Of a stretch of 64,000 nucleotides of DNA, positions 1 through 11,237 are shown piece after piece. Under the pieces are notes generated by a model. That model had not been told where the DNA came from, made no database searches, and saw nothing but the letters and a program-made list of their open reading frames with translations. Location of the stretch: the NCBI RefSeq assembly GCF_018350175.1, contig NC_058368.1, forward strand, positions 216,010,001 to 216,074,000, written 5' to 3'. The translations under genes and the position numbers were made by a program. This DNA is from Felis catus (Eukaryota). Numbering within the stretch: position 1 is the first letter of the stretch; every line of letters begins with the position of its first letter.

Positions 1-439
1 ATTTACCATTTTCACTAATAAATGACTTTTGAGTTTTCATGTCTTCTTTGTTATTCTATGAATTAAGTTCTTATTTCATGGGATCTAACATGTTGAAAAT
101 ACATGAATTGCTTATATTTGCTCAAAAAATGTCATAAATATATTGTGTTATACAAGAAATCGCCCACCAAAATCTCTTTTGGTTAGATCAACAGATTATT
201 TCTCTAGCATGGCCTAAAATCACTGTTTGTCATCCACTGTGTAGATATAGACACTCTTGTGACATGTAGCTGAAATAAATGAGAAATCAAACCAGTCTCA
301 GGATGTTGTCTAAGAATCCTAACTGTCATGATGGTATATTTCAAATTTCAAAACTATTAATCATGAATTAAACACTTTATCATAGTAAAAAAATCCATTT
401 TCCACTCAACCCAAATCCAAATATTTCCAGAGAGGAAAG

Positions 440-630
440 ATTGGTGGAAATAACTTTGGTTTCAAAAGTAAGCATGTCTTCTTCAGATTCCTATTTTGTC
501 ACTCACTAATTTTGCAATTGAGCAAATTATTTAACTACTGGCTAACTTTCAATATTTTTAGGATCACTGTGAGGATTAAGGAAGATGACTCGTGTAAATG
601 ATACATTGGTCTGGTGTATTATACACATAT
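440..630 (+). mobile_element. MIR-like ancient SINE fragment
   Basis: Degenerate MIR core (gagcaaattatttaac...gtgaggattaag), by recall of consensus. Confidence 0.5.
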
Positions 631-1191
631 GATACGAGGTAACTAAGTCCTTTTGTTCTGATGCTAATGTTAGTAGAAGATTATCCATATATGCATGTAC
701 ACCATTATTTTATTTTTCCTAACAGCACTCTCCATATTGTTTATATACAAATGCACTCTAAGAATACAGGCAGTGCCAAATTCTTAACTATCATGTCATA
801 TCAATTTTCCCAATTTGACATGTGGTAAATGACCAGTGGCATGACAATTCTTTTTTCTCCACTTTTCATTGCATGGAAAGTATGCCTCTCATCCATCCAG
901 AATCTTAGTTGTGATGCAAGTCAAGTACAATCGTATAGATAACCAAGTAAATGCAATTCTAAATGTCAACTTGTATAGGAAAGATGAATCATGCTAGTGA
1001 CTATATAGAAATCATTTTGAAAATTAAATGATTTCAAAAATTTTAACCCCTCCCCCAAATTGGAATAGAATTTAAAAATTTAATCTGTTAAGTATTATTA
1101 AATAGAATATTTAATTATGTGTTAAATTCTGTATTTTCAGAATAGAACTCAAGGTAATTAGCCATCTACTTGTTTAAGATTTCCTTGTTTT

Positions 1192-1404
1192 GGGGGTGCC
1201 TGGTTGGCTCAGTCGGTTTAGTGTCCGACTTCAGCTAGGCTCATGATCTCACTGCTCACGAGTTTGAGCCCTGCATCGGGCTCAGTGTTGACAGCTTGGA
1301 GCCTGGAGCCTGCTTCGGATTCTGTGTGTGTGTCTCTCTCCCTGTCCCTAACCCACTCGCATTCTGTCTCTGTCTGTCTCAAAAATAAATAAACATTAAA
1401 AAAA
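1192..1404 (+). mobile_element. Felid Can-SINE (SINEC_Fc-type)
   Basis: GGGGTGCCTGGTTGGCTCAGTCGG head, CT-rich region, AATAAA/A tail; imperfect TSD taagatttccttgttt / taagacttccctgttt. Confidence 0.95.
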
Positions 1405-1667
1405 TTAAGACTTCCCTGTTTGTAAGTCTATATACAAAACGTGAAAGCATTGATATGCGTGGTACTGTCAGATTCTAGAAATACACATTTCTTCAGAGAA
1501 ATATAAATTTATACTTCAAACAATTTTTATCTCATTCCGTTGAGTTTTCAATATATTTCAGTATACATTTGGTACTATAAAAGTAGAAAATTAAATTTCA
1601 GTTTACATCTATTTGTCTTTCTATACTTACATCTCTATCTGTATGTATCTATCTATCTCCGTCTATC

Positions 1668-2046
1668 TGTTATGGGGTACATGGTCTCTCAAAAATTCCT
1701 CTGTTGACTCCTTGCCCTCTAATAGCTCAGACTGATTGTACTTAGCGACTGGGTAGTTAAAAAGATAAGTGAAAATGAGGTAATTAATATAAATGTTGTC
1801 TTGATTTTAAAAAGGAAATTTAGACATAGATGGATACAGAGAATTCTATCTTGAGGCTATCTTCAGACACAAGCTGCACCATTAACTCATCTCTGGGTCT
1901 CCAGCCTGCTGGTCTACCCTGCAAATTCTGGGCACAACTTCCATAATTGCAGAGCCAACTCTTTAAAGGAAATCTCTCACTTTCTCTCTAAATCCATTAC
2001 ACACAACCTGTTGTTTCTGTTTCTCTGGAGAAGCTTGACTAATGTA
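1668..2046 (+). mobile_element. Old MLT-type LTR (MaLR/ERVL), degenerate
   Basis: 5' part resembles MLT1 (tgttatgggg...aaaattc); 3' end gtttctgtttctctggagaagcttgactaat resembles the MLT2 terminus. Confidence 0.6.
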
Positions 2047-2653
2047 TCATTTGTATATATAGAGTGGGAAAAAAGAGTGTTTTTTTTTTGTTTTTTTTTT
2101 TTTAACAGAGAGGTGAGAATTGAATACTTTCAAATACACAAGGCCTTTTACTTATTGTATTAGGTAAAAGTTGTGTAATGGAACCAAAATGGAAGTGTTA
2201 TTTCCATGGAGATACATAAAATCTATAAACTGTCCGTAACTTAAAGAATAGCTTCTGCAGATCAGATAGATGTGGAGACAGAAAATAATGGTGATTATCG
2301 AATTGTTATGGAAATTTTACTGGTAATTTAAAAAATAATATACCTATTTAAAAACCTCAAAAATCACACACATATGACAATTACATCATTTGGACATTTT
2401 CACTTCATACTGAAAGAAAATTAAAACGTGTAAAAGTATAGAGATGCCTCTGGCCACACACACACATATACACAAATAGGGGGTAATAAAACTAAAATGT
2501 TTTAAGGTTTTGTTTACTTAGGTAATACATAGTGGTTTAGATGAAATGAAAGTGCATTCTTAAATTTTTAACAGCTGGGTATTATGTGTGAAAAACAGTC
2601 TGCAATTTACATTTTGAATAAATTTACTAATACTTTAATTTTATATCATGATT

Positions 2654-3891
2654 CTTATTTTAATTTTTTTTAATATTTACTTTGTTTTTGAGAGAGAGCT
2701 CAAGCAGGGGAGGGGGGGGCGGGGAGAAACAAGATCTGAAGCAGGTTCCAGGCTCCCAGCTGTCAGCACAGAGCCCAACACGGGGCTTGAACTCAAAAAC
2801 TGGGAGTTCACGACCTGAGCCTGACAGAGTCCAGCTCCAGCAGGTCCAGGGGTTCCTGAAGGATGAACGGTGTCGGCGAAAAAGTGAAAATAAAATAAAA
2901 CAAAAATAAAAATGGACACAGACAACGGTAGTGTGTCGGACTGGCTGCTTTATTGTGGCAAACGTGGCATTATATTTGCTAGCAATTTCCTTATAGCGTG
3001 CGTCATCTACATTTTCCGGCATTACCTAATTCTAGAAACGTTCCTTTGTGTAATCACTCATTAAGGAACAACATGGTTATTTTCTTGTAACGTTCCCTCC
3101 TGCCCTTTGCTTATTGATTAATTTCTTACATTATTTTCATTATGTATCTACATTTATCTATAATCTATAAAGCATTTGCTTTGCTGTTTTCATGAAAAGT
3201 CATCTCTCTCTCAACACCTCAAGTGGAACAGTTACAGGGACATGACCTCTTAGTTGTTTCCTCAAACCATTTGTGGTTTGAGGAACAAAAGTGTTCGCCT
3301 TGGTCTGAGGTTTCAGAAGGGGGCCAAGAGGGCCTTAGGAATCCACACCTTATGCATTCTCAGAGAGACAATGCACCTGGGAACTAAGGAACCATTCTGT
3401 ACCTTAACGGACTACATTCAATCATCATCTGGAACGCCTTCTGGGGGCCAAGTGGGCCTAAGGGTTGGAGGCACTTGTGCCCATAGATACACTCCTTTGT
3501 TGCCAGAGTGGGGCTTTCAAATCCATTTGTCCCTTCCTTGGCTGGCAAACGTATGAGGCTATCCTTCCTTTAGATAGAGGAGTCTTTTTAGGGGGTGGCA
3601 AGGGGTAGATATAGGGCCGCACAATTTCCTTGCAGAACCTTATTTCCTTCCTCAATGGTTCTTTTCCCAGGGGGCCTGTCGAGGGCAATTCCCCAACAGA
3701 CAATTCCCCAGGTACTTTTATTAAGGCCAGATTACATGAAAACGGAAGTACAAGAGGCTTCACTGTCTGTGGGCCACCCTGCAGTCCCGATCTATCCACC
3801 GCCCAGGCCCTGCCATCAGGCTGGTTACATAGCTTGCCTTCCAGCATGAGCCGAAGTGGGTGCTTAACCAACTGAACGACGGAGGCACCCC
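2654..3891 (-). mobile_element. Felid Can-SINE split into 2654-2821 and 3847-3891 by an LTR insertion
   Basis: SINE stops at ...gacctgagcc and resumes at tgagccgaag...gcacccc; outer TSD tatatcatgatt at 2642-2653 and 3892-3903. Confidence 0.95.
2822..3846 (-). mobile_element. Solo LTR, 1025 bp, probably class II (ERVK/betaretrovirus-like)
   Basis: TG...CA termini; exact 6-bp TSD TGAGCC (2816-2821, 3847-3852); minus-strand AATAAA at 2949-2954 with a TATA-like motif about 20 bp upstream. Confidence 0.88.
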
Positions 3892-4681
3892 TATATCATG
3901 ATTGTTTATCCAATATGTTCCTACATTTTAAATCTAGTAACGTTGGAAAACTATGACTTTTAACAAAGGGGCAACATTTAACAATGTGGAGAAAATGCTA
4001 TATGAAAGAAAGACTTTGATTTGTCTTCAATAATTCTACTTAGTTATTTTAAATACGTTTTAATGTATATAAGCAAATTCTGAAATGCACCTATAGGTAA
4101 CCACAGATAGTCCCTAACTTGTCTGTATATATCATACGGAGCTCAAAGAGCTCACCTATATAAGTCACAAATTAAAATACAGTGTAAGTATGGTACTATG
4201 CTAGATAATAGAGGATTATTACACACAGGATGCTAAGGCAGAGAAAGGATATCCCAAACACTTCTCAGAGAAAATAAGCCTTGTACTTAAAAAAGCAGAT
4301 AAATAAGAGTTAACCAATAAAGAGATTAGTTTAAACAGGTTTAAGACAAATACAGAGTTCTGAACTGATATACCTTGCATGAAGGGTATATATGGTGAAT
4401 AGCTGAAGGCTAGAATAGAGATATACCAGGTTGGTATTATTTGGATTAATGCCAAGTAATCTAAGAATTTTTTCCTGATAGCTATGAGAGACTTTTTGAA
4501 AATTTTATGACATTATCAGTTGTGAGTTTTAGAAAATTTTCTCTAGACCTAGTTCTCTAGGATGCATTAGTTGGATTAAAGCTGCTATAATATTTTATGA
4601 CTTTCAAGCAATTACTGTTTAGGAGATCAAATAAATTGATCCAACAGACGTTGTGATTACATTCTCCTAAGGAAAAATTTA

Positions 4682-4909
4682 TTTTATTTAAAAAATAAGT
4701 TTATTTATTTATTTTTGAGAAAGAGAGAGAGCATGCACTTGTGCGTGGGGAGGGGAGGAGCAGAGAGAGAGAGGGAGAGAGAGGATCCTAAGCAGGCTCC
4801 ACACTGTCAGTGCTAGGAGCCAGACGTGGGCTCAAACTCACAGTGCGATCACGACCTGAGCCAAAATCAAGAGTCTAACACTTAACTGACTGAGCCACCC
4901 AGTCGCCCC
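4682..4909 (-). mobile_element. Felid Can-SINE
   Basis: Reverse-complement SINE: T-rich tail, GA run, ends ctgagccacccagtcgcccc. Confidence 0.93.
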
Positions 4910-6177
4910 AAGAAACATTTACAATAGAAAGTTAGGCAATATACTGTAAAGAGCACAATATGTATATTTTTATTTCATTTTTATCCCAGAGGTCCTAAAT
5001 CATTCCTTTTCACTTTCAGGAATTTGCTATTATTGGGACCATGCTGCAAGAATTAAGAATATGGCTTTAGAACTTTAAAATTATTTTCACAAAATTTTAT
5101 TTATTCTATCAGTGTAACACGGTTCTGCCATTCAATACACTTTACAATTAGTACTGGAAGTCTGAGTATAACATTTTTCAGGTGTAGCTCAACCATAGCA
5201 GGTTATTAAAAGCATCAGTTAGAGATACGTAATTATAAAGTATGTGGCAATATAATTATAACCGTGAATTTTTCTTTGTGCTTTTGCAATATTGATAGCA
5301 TTTAATACACCATTATCTAAAAATATATAAATTATTCTTTAAGACTGTCTCCTTTTATCTCTGAACGAACATTATCATCACATAAAATTTTCAATAACAG
5401 CATTTGTCTATTTTTCTTTTTTTTGATTTGGGCTTTCAGTTCTTTTACTATGATTTTTTTTTTCTATTCATGTATTGGGAATACCAAATCTTATAAATTT
5501 TATGTAAAATATAAAATAGTATTTTGGTTTTATGCAATTTCATTTTGAGAAATGGCTCCAAATATTGTTTTGAAAAATAATGTAATGTTCGTTATTCATT
5601 ATAGTAACATTAAGAATTCAGTGAAAATTATTTTTAGTAATGAAGATTTTAAAAAATATGGATTTATAGTGTTTTTCAGCACTTAATTTTTTCAGATCTA
5701 TGCTTGAGGTGACATACGCTGGCATTGTTCATGTCCTGGAAAAAAAATGAAGAATATCCAGCAAAACTAGAATAGTTGGATTTTATATTATCAAACAAAC
5801 AATAAATGTAACTGCTCATGTCCAGACCACCCATGCTCAAAGAACAGTGAAAATAATATAGGTTCTTTTTATTAAGCAAAAACCTAAAATGTAAGAAATT
5901 GCTAAATATATGAATAAAAGTAGATATTTGGGGATAAAAAGATCCATTCTATCCCATTTTGTTTTTATAAAATTGTTCAAATCTGAGACATTCATTAACA
6001 GTGTCACATTGCCTTTTAAACTTAACATGATTTGCTTTGCTTTTTTAGAAACAATCTCATGCATGGTTATTCTAGACAAACTGCAAAATACAGCAAAATT
6101 AATTATCTTTTGTTGGTCTTTCCCCAAAATACCATCAAACATATAGGCATATTAAATTAAATTATATAATCACATGT

Positions 6178-6180
<3 letters not shown>

Positions 6181-6218
<38 letters not shown>
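6181..6218. repeat. (TG)19 microsatellite
   Basis: Perfect dinucleotide run. Confidence 0.98.
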
Positions 6219-6219
<1 letters not shown>

Positions 6220-6313
6220 CACAATACATTGCAAAAGAGAGAGCAGTAAAATTAGGCTCATAACAAATCTGGATTATGCACATTCATATATTAATCAATA
6301 AAGTAAACAATAA

Positions 6314-6545
6314 GGTGTGCCTGGGTGGCTCAGTCTGTTGAGCATCCAACTTCGGCTCAGGTCATGATCTCACTGTTTGCGTGTTCGAGCCCCACATAGG
6401 GCTCTCTCTGTGCTGACAGTTCAGAGCCTGGAGACTGCTTTAGATTCTGTCTCCCTCTCTCTCTCTGCCCCTCCCTGACTCACACTCTGTCTCTCTCTCT
6501 CAAAAATAAATAAACAGGAAATACATTTAAAAAATTAAAAAAATG
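6314..6545 (+). mobile_element. Felid Can-SINE
   Basis: gcctgggtggctcagtc head, CT run, A-rich tail. Confidence 0.94.
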
Positions 6546-7799
6546 ATGTAAACAAGAATCCTATACCTTTAAAAATGCTAACAAAATTTTATAATTTGTT
6601 TCATTATTTAAAACCATATATTTAATACTTCAACATGCTTATTTTATGTTTTAAAAATGTATCTAAATGAACATGTTTTAAGCTTACTATGTAATTATAA
6701 GTGTATTAGAGATACTTGTTTTTTTTTCTTGTAGAGAAAGAACATGTTAGAAAGAAAAATGTTTAAAATCCAGATTTACTCACGAATCTTAATTTCTTTT
6801 CTTCTTATGTAGTCACTCTTTAGTCACTCATTACTCATTTAGTCACTCATTGGTCACTTATACACTTGACATAGAACAACAATTAGGGGCAATGACTTAG
6901 AGCAACCATTGGTTTCCAACTCCAAAAATGGAATAAGCATATATTCTCAGCATTGTTTTCATGGTATGTGTAGACATGCATCTTTTCTATTCTTGCTTTA
7001 TGTACTGGTTCATAAATAATAACAATTCTATATGTTTTTGGAGAAGCTCCTGAATCATATGATAATCCAAAACATAAACAAAGTCAGATTGTGTTAAAAT
7101 AAGAGAAGGGAGTATGGATGTCAGTTAAGTATTAATAACATCTGCAATATATCTAAGGGCATCCTTGAAACTCTTTTGTATAGATTTTTGCTTAATGCTT
7201 TCTTGGAGACTTATCTGGAATATCTATGTTAATATCATATAACAAAAAGCACAATATCTTTTCCTCCTTGAGGTTGTTGACTTTGGCTTATGATATGGAA
7301 AAATGATATGCAGAATTGGCACATCATGGTTAAGCTTTGGATACTTATTAAACATTAAACACATTCACAACTTCTGAGACTGTTTAAATAATGGTAGGGT
7401 CAGACCATTGATGAGATTTGATGTTGATAAGTCAACAGTTCAACTGTGTAGTAGACTATTTAATTTATTAATCGACTGCTTACTTTAGAAAGATGTCCTG
7501 GAAATTCATTTTATTCATTGTAAGAAAGGTGATAATAATAAAAAAATGTGCTTAATATCAATTCAAACTAGTTAATAAATTCAAAGCACCTGTTCAAATA
7601 ACTCCAGGTGAATAGTATCACTTTTGGATACACATTTGCACAAAAAATATTATACACAAAGGAAACTCAGAATATAGAAATGATCCATTCCCACTGAGAT
7701 CAGCTAAGGAAAATTAAACATAATATTATATACACCCTGAGACAGAAAAGAGTGCATATCAAATTTGTCCCCAGTTGAAGCTGTAAGCAAGGATGAGAA

Positions 7800-7915
7800 C
7801 TATCTATGTATCTATGATCTATCATCTATCTATCTACATATCTATCATTTATTCATCTATCATCCATCTATCATCTATCTATCTATCATCTATTATTAAC
7901 CTATTTATATATCTA
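7800..7915. repeat. Degenerate (TCTA/TCA)n simple repeat
   Basis: Repeated tatc/atctatc units. Confidence 0.85.
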
Positions 7916-9506
7916 GTCATTTAGTAGAAAAACACAACTATAAAATATCTCTTTTCACCATACCATTCTTTCCCATTTTTACCTAGTTTTGGGTCTCATT
8001 AAGGGCATTTTTTTTTAAATAAATTTATAAGGTCTTGGTGTGCATCATACATTTACAGTGAGGGAAGACATTTATTTTTAATTATGTGTATGAAATTACA
8101 AATTGTGTGAAATATGTTTTTTTATTTGAATAAGGTAATGCCAATGTATCTCCCCTAACATATCTATGCTCTCATCAAAACTAATAACCATTAGTATATA
8201 ATTACTCCACATACAGTTGCCTAAATCATCATACTAAAATCATATAATAACTTATTTATTATAGTCATTTACTATTATTTCTGTTATTTTTCTTCTATTT
8301 TACTATTTATCTGCTTCCTGAACACTTGTGATATATTTATTTTCATAAGTGATTAATATACAAGTGATTAGTATTTAGTGATTAATATACAACATTCCAT
8401 TTACAATAAAACTTCCATATTTCTGGCTACATGGAAATATAAAAATTAATACCTTGCCAAGGATTCTGATTATTTGGAACTCTATGGGCTTTTACATAAA
8501 ATATAAGCCTGTACTCCACAAGGGTTGAGCTGTGGGATGTTTTCAAAAGTATCTCTAATCTCCACTCATCTTGCATTCTCTCCAACAGAAATCCAAGCAG
8601 CCTGGTTTTTTGTATAAAATTCTGATTGAAGTCATATCTATCTAAGAACGTTTAATATGTTAAAATATGCTAAGAGTTTGGAAACTTCTGATCAAAGTGG
8701 CTATCAAAATGCAAAATATTACTGTCATTGTTCTCAAAAGGTAAATAGCAATCATTCATGGGCTTGGGATGCTGCCCTCCAGTCACTGTGATCTGATCTG
8801 CTCCATGAAGCTGGTTTTCCATTGATTAAACGCTCTTATCTCTATTGCCAAGTTAATCTTGTGTGGCATCCAAGCTTTTATTTTATCTTCTTTACACAGT
8901 CTCCTTCAGGCTCTCCAAATGTGAGTAAACTTTAAAGAAATCACAAACCAGCAGTCATCTTTTCGTTCTCAACAAGTTGTTTTTCATAAAACATTCTGTA
9001 TGTTGCTAAGTTCTCTTTAGACACAGACTTCCTTCTCTTCAAGAAATGAAAATAACTGTCACGTAATAGAAGATTTTGCTCTCCCCTAAGAAGGACTATT
9101 ACAAATATGTAATCAGGCAAGGCATTTATGTGATAGGCTCAGGTCCTCATGGGATGAAGGAGTGGGGACAGGAATGGGAGGTGGAGGAGTTCAATTGCTA
9201 GCCATGAATTTGGATAACTTGTTTTAACATTTCTCAGGAGGAGGATTGTTTTCGTTGTAACAGTAGCTCATATCCACAGCAATATCTATTATATTGCTGA
9301 GCTAATGTTCATTTATCAGAAATACATAATATACTGAACGTAAAACAGTTCCTTACAGGATGACCTTTGACGTTGGCAAAATCTAGCACTCTACCACATA
9401 AATTGTGTGAAAGTTCTGGTGGCAAGCACAGAGAATATAACCTCCTCCTTGGATACCAGTATCAGGCTGGAGAAGGTCAGTGAACATGACTTCTTGAGTC
9501 TACGAG

Positions 9507-9602
9507 TTTTTTTTTTTTTTAATGTTTATTTATTTTGGGGACAGACAGAGACAGAGCATGAATGGGGGAGGGGCAGAGAGAGAGGGAGACACAGAATTGG
9601 AA
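9507..9602 (-). mobile_element. 5'-truncated Can-SINE (tail and CT region only)
   Basis: T-run, gagacagagcatgaatgggggaggggcagagagagagggagacacagaat, then similarity stops abruptly; no TSD seen. Confidence 0.9.
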
Positions 9603-9823
9603 TATTCACCCAGGATTGTGTTCTACAGAATACCATGAGGTTAGTACATATTATAATTGCCTTTAAAAACAAACATTTTACTAATCATACACTGATCATA
9701 AAAATGATAAATTTATTATTTTGATCTATCATATACTTATTCACCGGATTTGAGGCACTGCATGCCTAGAAAACCATACAAAAAGGCTGAATAAAGTGAT
9801 TTTCTATCTACTCTCAATCTACC

Positions 9824-9826
<3 letters not shown>

Positions 9827-9860
<34 letters not shown>
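9827..9860. repeat. (TC)17 microsatellite
   Basis: Perfect dinucleotide run. Confidence 0.95.
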
Positions 9861-9863
<3 letters not shown>

Positions 9864-9896
9864 ATTTATCTATCCATCTTAGTCATGAATATTCTT

Positions 9897-10086
9897 TTTT
9901 TAAAAACTATTTATTTTTGAAAGAGAGAGACAAAGAAGGGGGGCATAGAGAAGGGAAGACAGAGGATCCTAAGCGGGCTCCCCACTGACAGCAGAGAGCC
10001 CAAAGTGGGGCTCAAACTCCCAAACCATGAGATGGTGACCTGAGTGGAATTTGGACACTTAACAGACTGAGCCACCCAGGTGCCCC
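9897..10086 (-). mobile_element. Felid Can-SINE
   Basis: TSD agtcRtgaatattctt at 9881-9896 and 10087-10102. Confidence 0.95.
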
Positions 10087-10865
10087 AGTCGTGAATATTC
10101 TTATTGTCCGATAGTAAGAGAAAACGTCTGCATGATTCATGACTTATCTTTAACTTAGCATTTAATCCTTTTCGGTGTTTTGGTGGCAGAAAAAAAAAAA
10201 TTGCTGTTCCTTTTGTTTTCCATGTACGCTGATTTAGAATGCCACTTCTGGGTTTTGAAAAATACTGGAACTGAAAATGACTTTGGTTTCATGTGATTTT
10301 CTCAGCTAACCCCCTTAGTTCCATCTTTCAATGTGTCCAGAGAAGCAAGTACAGAAGGAGGTTCTCTCAGCCCTTGGATGTGACATTAGGGGCACCCATG
10401 TATACCAACAGTGGGGGGGTCAGAAGGAATCACAAATCACTCACACTTAGTTACTGCTTTTATGATTCAGTCTGAAAAACTAGTTCTGGAAACTCTGAAG
10501 TTCTTAACAACTCTGACCCGTTTTTCTGAACTTCAGAAACAGCTATTCTATTTTCCATATCACCACTCTTGAGAGTGCCATTTTATACCACATAGTACCA
10601 TATATATAAATACATATAGACTATTTCAAAGAAGCATGTGTGTAATTACATTTTTATTGAGAAACTGTAAATAAGATTGTTAAATATTTCAGACAAATAC
10701 GTGGGCATTTTGTTGCTGATTTTATTTTATTTTATTTTATTATTTATTTTTGTTTTTCAGTAGAAGTATTTTCCAGCCAAAACTGTGCTGGATTTTGAGT
10801 TGCTTTTTGGTAATAAGGGAATCAAAAAAAGTCTCTGGCTTTGGTGACAAAATTATGTAAATATA

Positions 10866-11237
10866 TTATTATGGGCTGAATTATATCTTCCCAAAAGCGG
10901 AAACCCTAACTTCCAATGTGATCATATATGGAGATGGGCTTTCAAAGAGGTGGTTAAGGTTAAATGAGGTGGTAAGATGGGGCCAGAATCCAATAGGCCT
11001 GGTGTCCTTATAACAAGAGAGACATCAGAGGTCCGTATGAGCAGAGTAAAGGCCTTGTGAGGACACAGAGAGAAGGTGGCCATCTTCAAGACAAAGTGCA
11101 AAGACACAGGCGAAACCAAAGCTGTGGACACTTTGATGTGTGACTTTCAGCCTGTGCAAGTAGGAGAAAATAAATTCCTTTTGTTTAAGCCACTCATGCT
11201 TTGACATTTTATTATGGCAGCCTCGCTGACTAATACT
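10866..11237 (+). mobile_element. MLT1A-like MaLR solo LTR
   Basis: aaggttaaatgagg, ccaataggcctggtgtccttata, aataaattccttttgtttaagccac and ttatggcagcc...gactaatac match the MLT1A layout. Confidence 0.88.

Noticed and set aside
5837..6146. Overlapping 101-aa and 78-aa ORFs in unique AT-rich DNA
   Set aside because: No recognisable homology or convincing splice signals; length is compatible with chance.
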